From Torpedo marmorata (taxonomy: Eukaryota): a DNA stretch of 64,000 bases. The position numbers were made by a program, and so were the translations under genes. Shown here one piece after another: positions 12,311 through 23,129 of the stretch. Position 1 is the first letter of the stretch. Every line of letters starts with the position of its first letter. The notes below the pieces were generated by a model. The model was given only the letters and a program-made list of their open reading frames with translations. It was not told where the DNA came from and searched no databases. The stretch is from assembly GCA_977017645.1 (NCBI GenBank), contig OZ360239.1, positions 42,904,001-42,968,000 of the forward strand. The letters are read 5' to 3'.

Positions 12311-12883
12311 TGTAAGAGCCGTAAGCTTAATTACTTACCTTGGTCGCGGCGCTTCGATGGTCTCGGCAGGTTAGGGAGGAGTCGCGGTGTTTGGTAGGCC
12401 GTGCTAGGCCTATTTAGTACTCTGCGCATGCGCGGGAGTGCCGACGGGCGCATGCGCAGTTGGTAATTGATGGCAGTGTGCGTGGTGGAGTGTGCGTGGT
12501 AGAGTATGCGCGGTGGAGTATGCGCGGTGGAATATGCGCATTGAGCATGCGCGAATCTGGAAAAAGAATAGAAAAAGATGGCGGCTTAGAGGAGGGTGAG
12601 TTAGATCGCCATATCTTTTATTGACCGTTTCATTGATGGTTTAAAGTCTTTAAAGTCATTTCATTGAACATTTAAATACAGTCAAAGGAATCGTTTAAAG
12701 GAATTTATTAAACATCGTTATCAAGAATTATTTATGTTTCGTTTAAAGAAGATATACAAGTCAAGTGTGTAAATAAAGTTGTTTGAACATATTGGACTTT
12801 GTTAGTAAATTTATTGAAACGCGTCAAGAACAACTGTCTCACCTAGCCTCCAAGTGACTATTTGTTGGATTGAAGTCACTATA
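12311..12883 (+). repeat. BEL 5' LTR (573 bp, TG...TA)
   Basis: Direct repeat of 20816-21309 with extra copies of a 14-bp gtggagtatgcgcg unit. Confidence 0.92.
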
Positions 12884-13339
12884 TAATTAGTCAATAAAAG
12901 TGGTTGTTTGGAACAGAAAATTGAAGGAAAGAAGATAGAATAATCTCTTTGTGCTTTGGACTGATATTTAAAATAAAATGGTGGCCATCTTGGAGATGCC
13001 TCGAGTTGGGGGCAGTTTGTAATCCACATCCATCTGCCATGAGTAACAGCCAGAGAGGGATTTAAAGCTTCAAATCTTATAGTAAAGTGTACTATAAATA
13101 CATTGGAGAAACCATTTTTGGAAAATCAGCGATATTATTGACAGATGTTGTGGTTGAAACTCGTTTGTGAATAGCAGCACATTACAGTCATCTGAAGTGG
13201 TAGGCATAAGTCTGTGGACTCCTTCTGTGTATCTTTGGCAAGTTAGAACACAGATTGGATTTGCTGCCGCTGGTCCATTGGGGACTGTTGATTTGGCTAG
13301 TGTTGTGTATGCTTGAAGGACAGTGGAACAAGACGAGTA

Positions 13340-16050
13340 AAATGGCCGCAGCAGCCTCTGATGCAGCAGCCACTGATGTATCAGCAGCTGACGCAGCAAC
13401 CGCTGATGTTGCTGTTAATGACCAATGTATTGAAGACATGAAGGTTGCGGATATTAAAAAAGAATTGAAGCGACTGAAACAAGATATAAGCTGGCAAAGG
13501 AAGACGAGGCAGCTTCATTAGATGAACAAGATAACGTGGAAATGGCTGAAATTGTGTCACCAAATGAAGAGGATGAAAATGAAGAAAATGAAGAGGATGA
13601 AGATGCAAAGGATGTACAATTCGAATTGGAGAAAGAGGTAAGTATGAAGACAACATATGACCTGCAGGACAAAATACAAGCAAGTGACAGTATCTCAAAT
13701 GGAGAAGCAAAAGAAGTTCTGGTTCGAGCTCCAGAGTTTCTCGTACTTCAAGTTCTGCATCGTCACGTACAAAGATTGATGTTAACTTGGCCGCTCTTCT
13801 TGCACAACAAAAAACGCTTAAGGATAAACATATTTTAGAACAAAAGGAGGAGCAGCTAAGACAAAAGGAAGAGCAGCTAAAGGAGCAGATAAGACAAAAG
13901 GAGGAGCAGCTAAAGGAGCAGATAAGACAAAAGGAGGAGCAGCTAAAGGAGCAGATAAGGCAAGAGAAGGAGCAGCTAAGGCAGAGAAAAGAACAGCAGG
14001 AGCTGGAAGCAAACATTACTATTGCCAAGGCAAAAAAGAAAGCAATAGAAGGCTCAATGGTATCTGGTGCTCGAAGTAAATTATCTAAAGTGTCTGATAA
14101 TAAAAGGTCATATTTAAAAAAAGAGTCACAGGAAAAGAAACCAACCAAAGGGGTAGATATTTTAGAACCAGGGGTGCAAGACTTGCAAATATAAGGACAA
14201 TTCCTTCAAGAGTATATTGGTATCGAGTCACATGTACCAGTGGTAACATCTGAAGACAAAGCTGCGGCTTGAGTTCGGTCGAACGATGCAGCTTCCTTGT
14301 TATTTGAGTCAAGCATCAAAAATATGGAAGAAACTACACCAATGAGGTTTCCAGATACATTACCTGTAACAAGAGTTGGTGAATAGAGCAATATGATTGT
14401 CATCAAAAGAAAGACAAAATGAAATTGCTGCATCACTGATTCAGTTACAGTCTCTCTCTTCTTTACCCAAGAAAGAGATACAAACTTTTGATGGTGATCC
14501 ACTTCAGTATCAATCATTTATGAGATCTTTCAAACACAATATTGAAAATAAATGCCAAGATCATGATGAATGTCTTTATTATTTGGAAATGTTCACAAAG
14601 GGACATCCAAAAGAACTTGTAAAGAGTTGTCAACATATGTCCTCAGACAGAGGATTAGACAGAGTTAAATCTTTAGTAGAACAACATTTTGGCAACAAGC
14701 ATCAAATTGCTTTAGCTTATATGGATAAATGGACATCAATAAAACAAAATGATGTAAAGGCTCTACAAGAATATACTCTATTTTTAAGAGGATGTTGTAA
14801 TACCATGGAAGATATCGATAATATTCGTGAGCTTGAAGTGCCTGGTAATATGCGAATCATCTTAGAAAAATTACCTTACAAGTTGTGGGATAGATGGAGA
14901 AATTTGGCTTGTGATATACAAGAAAATTACAGTCGAAGAGCTACCTTAAAGAATTTGGTAAATTTTCTTGAACGACAGGTGTACATTGAAACAGATCCAA
15001 TATATGGAAATACCAGAGACAATTCAATGGGGAACAAAGATGTAAGGAGGTCTAACTCACAGACTAGTCCAAAATTGAAAAAGAGAACTTTTGCTAATAA
15101 TGTGTCATTTATAAATAAAGAAAATGACAAAGTAAATAAGGAAAAGGAAAGTTTGCCTGATGAAAAGAGTTGTTTGTTCTGTAAAGGTGGACATGCTTTG
15201 GAAATGTGTTTACGATTGGAAAAGAAGAAACATAATGAGAAGATCGCTTTCTTAAAGGAAAATGGAATATGTTTTAGCTGTCTGTGTAAAGGGCACATCA
15301 GTAAAAACTGTGAGAAGCGAATTAATTGTAACATATGTAAGTTGAAACATCCTAGGATTTTGCATATCCATCAAAGAAACAAGGAATTGGAAAAGGAGCA
15401 AACAGAAACAAAGGAAACATCAGAAAATAATGTTATAACCTTGGTTCAGACAAGTGGTCTTACCGGGGCCGGTATAGATAACTGCAAACTTTCAATAGTG
15501 CCTGTACAAGTCAAGACCAAGAAAGGGGATGCAACAGTACATACATATGCATTTCTAGACCCAGGCAGCACTGCATCTTTTTGCACGGAAGGACTAATGA
15601 ACAAACTTAATATTCAAGGAAGAAGGTCAAGAATTATGTTGAAAACCATGGGACAAGAAAAGGTCATTGAAACCAGCATTATTTCAGGCTTAGAGGTTTC
15701 TGGATTGGATGACAAAAAATTTTGTGATCTTCCAAGTTTATACACTCAGAAGACTATGCCTGTGCATGAAGGAAACATTCCTCATCAAAATGATATCCAT
15801 CATTTGTTTTATCTGTGGAAGGTTTATTTACCTGAAATTAACTCTGAGATAGAAATGCTAATTGGTTCAGATGTGCCAAAGGTTTTGGAACCACTAGAAG
15901 TAATACAGAGAAGAAGGAATGGACCTTACACTATTAGAACCAAGCTTGGTTGGACAATCAATAGACCATTGGAAAGAAATAATGATATTGCTCAGAAACA
16001 GTTAGCGATAAATATTAACAGGATTTCTGTTATGAAAGTTGATGAGTTAA
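13340..16050 (+). pseudogene. BEL gag + aspartic protease (frameshifted)
   Basis: FDGDPLQY..F capsid (DUF1759-like) region, three knuckles CLFC..H..C / CFSC..GH..C / CNIC..H..LH, protease FLDPGSTASF in ORF 14397-16196; upstream pieces 13255-14194. Confidence 0.88.
13845..13990 (+). repeat. 33-bp tandem repeat encoding EEQLKEQIRQK in BEL gag
   Basis: About 4 near-perfect units of aaggagcagataagacaaaaggaggagcagcta. Confidence 0.9.
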
Positions 16051-17102
16051 GGGAAGAGCAAAAGACTGTGAATAAGAAAATCACTTTTGAAGAAAAGAAA
16101 ACAGATCAACGTGAAAATAAATCGAAGGTATTTAAAACAACATTGAAGGAATGGATAAGAATGAATCATCAGAAATGGATAAGAATGAAGTATTAGAAGA
16201 TGTTGCAAATAATACTATTGATTATTCATGTGTAATTGAATCAGATACAGGAATAAAACAAGTGACTGAGAACAAATTTGAAAGTAGATTTTGTAGTTCA
16301 GAGGTTACAACAGACAAAGTCAATGAAGAAATATTGCAATGTGATGTAAAACTGGAGAACGCAGAAAATTGTGCTGATGGAATAAAGAAGAATGTGAATG
16401 ATAATTTAAGGCAATTGAATTCAGAGAACAAAATGTTGAAAGGGGAATTGGAAATATTAGATAATCATGAAAACAGTAAACAGAAAGATTTAATTGTAAG
16501 TAAAATTCGCAAAGTCAGAAAGCGAAAGAAAAGAATAACTGCTGAAGAAATGAATTGAGGAAAGAGATTCTGCATTATCAAAATGTAAAAGGTTGGAGGA
16601 AGAGATTAATATTTTGAAAGAGAACAAGTTATTGGTTAATAACACAAAACAGTTGACTATAAAAAACAATCAAGAATGTAAATTGTATGTTCAGCTACTA
16701 ACAATGCAGAAAGAAAGTGATGTTGCATTGCAGAAATGTAACAAGCAAGATGAAGAAATTCAAAAATCTCAAGTTTACCTCAGTAGGGTTGACAATAGAA
16801 ATATCAATGTATTACATGATATTTTCATTTCAGATCAAGTTATTAATTTCTAAGAAAGAACTGAGACTGAATTGAAAGTTGCAAAATTGGATTTGGAATT
16901 GCAGGAAAAGGCAATAGAAACCAAAGTGGTTAAAGAGACTCGTTTATTAAAATCGAGAGAATCAGATAAATATTCAAATTCTAGTTCTCAGAGTTTAAAT
17001 TCTTCACATGAGAAGTGGAACACTGAAGAAAGAAATAAAGTGAAACGACATGCTGAAGTAGTGCCTCGTGTTAAATTCTGAGGAAGATTTGAGGTTTACT
17101 AG

Positions 17103-20100
17103 TCAGAATCAGAATCAGAATCAGAATCAGAATTTATTGTCATGAACAAGTCATGAAATTCGGTGTTTTGCGGCAGCATCATAGTGCAAATAACATTCAT
17201 ATTAACCATCTTACGACATTACTATAAAAAATTATAAACAATAGTGCACGAAAAGTAAGGCAGTGTCTTTGGTTCATTGATTATTCATGAATCTGATGGC
17301 AGCGGGGAAGAAGCTGTCCTTGTGCCGTTGAGTGCTCGTCTTTAGGCTCCTGTACCTTTTTCCCGATGGAAGCAGAGTGAAGAGGGCATGGCGTGGGTGG
17401 TGGGGCTCTTTGAGGATAGAGGCTGCTTTTTTAAGACACCGCCTCATGTAGATGTCCTTGATGGAGTGAAGTTTGGTGCCTGTGATGTCACAGGCCGAGT
17501 TAACAACCCTCTGGAGTTTACTCTTGTCCTGTGAGTTGGCGCCTCCATACCAGGCAGTGATGCAACCAGCCAGAATGCTCTCCACGGTACACCTGTAGAA
17601 GTTTACGAGAGTCTTCGGTGACATACCGAATCTCCACAGACACCTCACAAAGTATAGCCGCTGACGAGCCTTCTTTGTGATTGCATCAACGTGGATGCTC
17701 CAGGACAGATCCTCGGAGATGTTGACACCCAGGAATTTGAAGTTCTTGACCCTCTCCATGATTGAGCCCTCGATGAGGACTGGGTCGTGTTCCCCTGACT
17801 TCCTCCTGAAGTCCACAATCATCTCCTTGGTTTTGCTGACGTTGAGCTCAAGGTTATTGCCATTACACCATTCAACGAGCTGATCTATCTCCCTCCTGTA
17901 CGCTTCCTCATTGCCGTTTGTGATTCTGCCGACAACTGTGGTGTCATCGGCAAACTTGTAAATGGCATTGGAATTGTGCCTGGCCACACAGTCATGGGTG
18001 TATAACGAGTAGAGCAGTGGACTAAGCACTCATCCTTGGGGTGCGCCTGTGTTGATAATCAGTGAGAAGGAGACGTTGTTTCCAATTCATACTGACTGTG
18101 GTCTTCCGATGAGAAAGTCAAGGATCCAGTTGCAGAGTGGGGTACAGAGGACTAGAGTTTGTAGCTTCTTGACCAGCCCTGAGGGAATAATGGTATTGAA
18201 GGCCGAGCTGTAGTCGATGAAGAGCAGCCGTATGTATGAATTGCTGTTTTCGAGGTGATCCAGAGCTGAGTGGAGAGCCAGCGATATTGCGTCTGCTGTG
18301 GAGCGATTGTGACGATAGGCGAATTGCCGCGGGTCCAGATCTTTGCTTAGGTATGTGTTAATTCTGGCCATGACCAGCCTCTCAAAGCATTTCATCACAG
18401 TAGAAGTCAGTGCTACTGGGCGGTAGTCTTTGAGGCAGCCCACACTACTCTTCTTGGGTACCGGGATGATTGATGCCCTTTTGAAGCAGGTGGGAACCTC
18501 TGACTGCCGCAATGAGAGGTTGAAAATGTCCGTGAACACTCCGGCTTGTTGGTTGGCGCAGATTTTCAGTACCCTGCCAGGTTCGCCGTCAGGGCCTGAC
18601 GCCTTGCGAGGGTTCACCCTCTTGAATGATGTTCTGACGTCACCCTCAGAGACAGATATCACAGGGTCCTCAGACTTTTCAGGGATTCTAGTAGGCACTG
18701 TTTTGTTCTTCTTCTCAAAGCGGGCATAGAAGGTGTTCAGCTCATCGGGTAGTGAAGCATCACAGCCGTCTATAGTGTTCGCCTTCGCTTTGTAGGCTGT
18801 AATGGCCTGCACTCCCTGCCATAGCTGGCGTGTATCTGTCTCTGTCTCTAGCTTCCTCTGGAATTGCCACTTTGCTTCAGAGATGGCCTTCCGCAGATCG
18901 TGCCTGGACTTCTTGTAAAGATCCCTGTCCCTGGCCTTTAATGCCCTTGTTCTCGTCCTCAGTAGGTTGCGAATTCTCTGATTTATCCAGGGCTTCTGGT
19001 TGGGGAACACCTGGTATTTGCGCGTGGGCACACACTCATCCATGCAGGTCTTGATGAAGTCGGTGACACCTGTTGCATATTCATTTAGGTCTATGGCTGA
19101 GTGCTTGAATATGTTCCAGTCCACCGATTCAAAGCAGTCCTGCAGACGCTCCTCCGCCCCCCTCGACCATACTTTCGCCGTCCTCACCACTGGTGCTGTG
19201 GTCTTCAGTCTCTGCTTGTACGCTGGGAGTAGAAGTACAGCCAGGTGATCAGACTTGCCGAAGTGTGTTTGTGGTATGGCTCGGTATGTGTTCTTCACGG
19301 TGGTGTAGCAGTGGTCGAGTGTGTTGGTTCCCCTGGTCTCGTATGTGACGTGTTGGTGATAGTTTGTCAGTGACTTCTTCAGATTGACCTGATTGAAGTC
19401 TCCCACAATGATCGGGAAGGCATCAGAATGTGCAATCTCATGGCTGTTTATCACAGTGCTCAGTCCCTCCAGTGCCAGGCTGACGTTAGCCTGGGGCGGA
19501 ATGTACACTGCAACCAGGATGATGGCGGTGAACTCCCTCGGCAGGTAGAATGGGCGACACTTGATCGCCAGATGTTCCAGGTCGGGGGAGCAGGACTGGG
19601 ACATGACCGTCACATCTGTGCACCACGATGAATTGATGATGATACAAACGCCGCCTCCCCTTGTTTTTCTAGACGCCGGTGTTCGGTCAGCACGATGGAG
19701 GGTGTAGCCCTTGGGCTGCAGCGCCGTGTCTGGAATGTCCGCGTTTAGCCACGTTTCTGTAAACACATCACGTAGCACTCCCTGATGACTCTCTGATGTT
19801 AAAGTCTGGCTTGGAGTTCATCAAGTTAGTTCTCCAAGGATTGTACGATGGCCAGGAGGATGGTAGGGAGCGGAAGCTTCAGGTCCCCGCGTCTTAGCTT
19901 GACCTGTAGCCCCCCCCTCTGCGTCCACGTGGTCGGGTCTTCTTTACCTGGCCCGTGGGTCCACTGCTGGTAGTTCCCGCAGTGTTTAAACGGTCCGTGC
20001 GCTGCCCCTTTAAATCCTCCGCGATGTTTAACTGTGCTGAGTGCCTGCTGTTTGCGACTCCCGCGAAGTTTAAATAGCCCGTTCTCTGGCTGTTTAAAAC

Positions 20101-20379
20101 TCCCGCGGTGTTGTTGTTGTACTTGCGTGAGTTGTTTAAAGGTCCCGCGGTGTTGTTGTAGTACTTGCGTGAGCTGTTTAAAGGTCCCGCAACCTGACGG
20201 AGACTACTTCTTCTGCCGATTCCAAGGTCTGCCAGCGATCTTTGTACATCCATGTTGTCGGGTAAGTTTGATTTTATGTTTCTTATTTTTTGTTTGATTT
20301 TTAGAAGTTCTGAACGGGGATATTTGATTATTCCCTTCAGACTGCACTCAAAGAGTCGCTGCTGCAAGACGCCATCTTG
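17103..20379 (-). mobile_element. Rex1/Babar LINE (family A), apparently full length, inserted in the BEL
   Basis: APE (FTETWL, GDFN, SDH) and RT ([22 protein letters not shown]) in ORFs 18087-19778 and 17274-18029; (ttctga)n tail at 17103-17132; 5' end caagatggcg; about 42-bp repeats at 19975-20190. Confidence 0.92.
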
Positions 20380-20429
20380 TATCAGTCGACGTTTTAACTC
20401 AAAGATTCTGTAGATAAAAGTACTTTGAG

Positions 20430-20611
20430 GAGACTTTGTAATTATTATGGATAATTCAACTCCAAGAAACTCCTGGTTACTTGAAAAAATTATTGACACT
20501 ATTCAGGACAAAAGGGGACTTGTGCGTCAAGTTCGAATTAAAACTAAGACTGGCTTTCTAAATAGACCTATTAACAAGGTCTGCCTTCTGTTGGAGACGG
20601 AGGAACTTTGA
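20430..20611 (+). pseudogene. BEL integrase C-terminal tail (DUF5641-like)
   Basis: VIIMDNSTPRNSW..DKRGLVRQVRIKTKTGFLNRPINKVCLLLE*. Confidence 0.85.
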
Positions 20612-20815
20612 TAAATACTAACTGACTATTTGTTGTTGTATACTTCACAGGTTACAGACTTTTGTTGATTCAGAGTTATGGTAAACTCTGGTCATGAAGA
20701 AAGAAGAAAGAAGATTTGTATATTGTTTGAATGTTAAATGGTTATTGTTATTTATAATTGATTGTGTAATTAATAATTTAAGACATTGCGTCTAATTATA
20801 ATAATTAGGGGCCGG

Positions 20816-21309
20816 TGTAAGAGCCGTAAGCTTAATTACTTACCTTGGTCGCGGCACTGCGATGGTCTCGGCGTGTTACAGAGGAGTCGTGGTGTTTAGT
20901 AGGCCGTGCTAGGCCTATTTAGTACTCTGCGCATGCGCGGGAGTGCCGATGGGCGCATGCGCAGTTGGGAATTGACGGCAGAGTGCGCGGTGGAGCATGC
21001 GCAAATCGGGAAAAAGAGGCTTAGAGGAGGGTGAGTTAGATCGCCATATCTTTTATTAACCGTTTCATTGATGGTTTATAGTCATTTCATTTCATTGAAC
21101 ATTTAAATACAGTCAAAGGAATCGTTTAAAGAATTATTTATGTTTCGTTTAAAGAAGATATTTAAGTCATTGAAGATTGCTACAAGTCAAGTGTGTAAAT
21201 AAAGTTGTTTGAACATATTGGACTTTGTTAGTAAATTTATTGAAACGCGTCAAGAACAAGTGTCTCACCTAGCCTCCAAGTGACTATTTGTTGGATTGAA
21301 GTCACTATA
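20816..21309 (+). repeat. BEL 3' LTR (494 bp, TG...TA)
   Basis: Direct repeat of 12311-12883. Confidence 0.92.
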
Positions 21310-22345
21310 GTTGGTTTAAAATAAAGTAACTTAATCCAGGAATTAAATCCAGAACCAAAATTGAACCTTTCCAAAATTTCAAACAAGTATCTCCATTCAA
21401 CTCTATCAAAAGCTTTCTCCACATCATCCCTGAGTTTGTACGCTCAGGAGACTCACATCCGTAAAGAGGATGAACATCGTTTTTTTAAGTTCTGGAAAGG
21501 TTTTCAATTCCATTCTCTGTCTCAAACTAAAACTAGGGGGGTATTGATTTTCATTGATCCAAAAGTTCCTTTTACACATTTTAATACAATTGCAGATTCG
21601 TTGGGTAGATATTTAATAGTTTTGGGCTTTTTATGTAATATAAAGGTAGCACGAGTTAATATTTATGGACCAAACATGGATGATCCACAATTTTTTAAAA
21701 GCTTGTATGATTCTTTACCAAATTTTAATGATTTCATGCTAATTATGGGTGGAGATTTTAACTGCTGTTTGAATCTATTGATGGACAGGTCTTCAATCAA
21801 TCAGAAGCTTCCAAATAAATCTGCTACGTATATTAACTCTTTTTTATTGGATTATGGATTGGTTGATATTTGGAGGTTTTTACACCCTAAGGATAAGGAA
21901 TTTTCATTTTTTTCACGTTTATCAGAAATACTCTAGGATTGACTATTTTTTTATTGATACACGTCTGGTTCCTTCTGTTAAACACTGTGAATATGACACA
22001 ATTGCTATTTCTGATCATGCGCCTTTGAAGCTCTCTGTGGAGCTTTCTGATATCACTTCTGGCTGCCAGCAATGGCGATTTAATTCTACCTTATTACAAG
22101 ACCTAAAGTTTACAGAGTTTGTTAAAAATCAAATCTTAGTATTTTTTCAGTTTAATTCAACGAATGGAATGCCTATCTTAACTATTTGGGGCACATTTAA
22201 AGCTTATCTTCGTGGACAAATTATCTCCTATACAGCAGGCTTAAAGAAACGTACTAAGGAGAAACTCTCTCGACTATCCAATCGGATTAAAGATATTGAT
22301 AGACTATATAAGGAACTATATAGAACTGCAAACACAATATAACTT

Positions 22346-22593
22346 ATTTAAAAAAAAAAATATTTTATTTTCATTTTTAACAAACAATAAAACAAAATAC
22401 TTCAAAAACAGATATCACGTTATATAGTAATACAATAAAAGTAACATATATAATAAATAAAACCCCAATTACCCCAAACTACTCCCCCAAAGAAAAAAAA
22501 ATAACACAAAACAAATGGTCGACAATGTTTATATAATTACTAATTTCAAATATATAAAAGAAAGAAAAACTCCAAGGCTTCCCGGCAACAGGG
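22346..22593 (-). mobile_element. Short AT-rich insertion, probably the 3' UTR of another L1/Tx1-type LINE
   Basis: Interrupts L1 ORF2 between ELQTQYNL and LLTYPIE; composition and a reverse aataaa resemble the other L1 3' UTRs here. Confidence 0.55.
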
Positions 22594-22755
22594 CTTTTGA
22601 CCTACCCTATTGAAGTTCAGCTTATGAAATCTAAAAGTGAATTTTAAATGCATGAAGATAAGTCAGGTAAACTCTTAGCTGGCCAGTTGAAAGTTGTTTC
22701 AGCTAGGAGACAAATGATTAAAATCCGTAAAAATGATGGTAATGTTACCCTAGAT

Positions 22756-23129
22756 CAGTGGTTTTCAAACTGCCCCCCTAAACTCACATTCCACCTCAAG
22801 CAATCCCTATGCCATATGTGCTGTTTGATTAGTAAGGGATTGCTTAAGGTGGTATGTGAGTGGGAAGTAAGGTTGAGAACCACTGCTCTAGACCCAATTG
22901 TTACTGAAATATTTTGCTTGAGAAAAATTGTCATTGGCCCATTTCCTTTGGAGTTATGAAACCGTGCACAAAACGAATCAATTAGGAACGATTAAAACAG
23001 TGGTTTTCAAACTTTTTCTTTCCACTCACGTACCACCTTAAGCAATCCCTTACTAATCACAGAACACTTATGGCATAGGGATTGCTTAAAGTGGAATGTG
23101 AGTTTAGGGGGGCAGTTTGAAAACCACTG
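22756..23129. mobile_element. hAT (Charlie-like) MITE, 374 bp, built from two inverted 130-bp sub-MITEs
   Basis: 8-bp TSD ccctagat (22748-22755, 23130-23137); TIR cagtggttttcaaac; host L1 reads GNVTLD|HTEFN when it is removed. Confidence 0.93.

Larger units (their letters stand above)
12311..21309 (+). mobile_element. BEL/Pao LTR retrotransposon, non-autonomous (no RT, RNase H or integrase core)
   Basis: LTRs 12311-12883 and 20816-21309; 5-bp TSD gttgg (12306-12310, 21310-21314); PPT-like attaggggccgg; host L1 reads LYFKP|TAVVITN when it is removed. Confidence 0.92.

Noticed and set aside
13381-14148. 255-aa Cys/Ser-rich minus ORF, or a trichohyalin-like host gene
   Set aside because: Antisense reading of the BEL gag 33-bp repeat.
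17274-18029. [14 protein letters not shown] peptide as a host ALKBH8-like domain
   Set aside because: It is the RT C-terminus of Rex1/Babar, repeated many times in this window.
11490-20190. Tandem arrays (11490, 12480, 13845, 19975) as CRISPR-like repeats
   Set aside because: No unique spacers, no cas genes, eukaryotic TE context.
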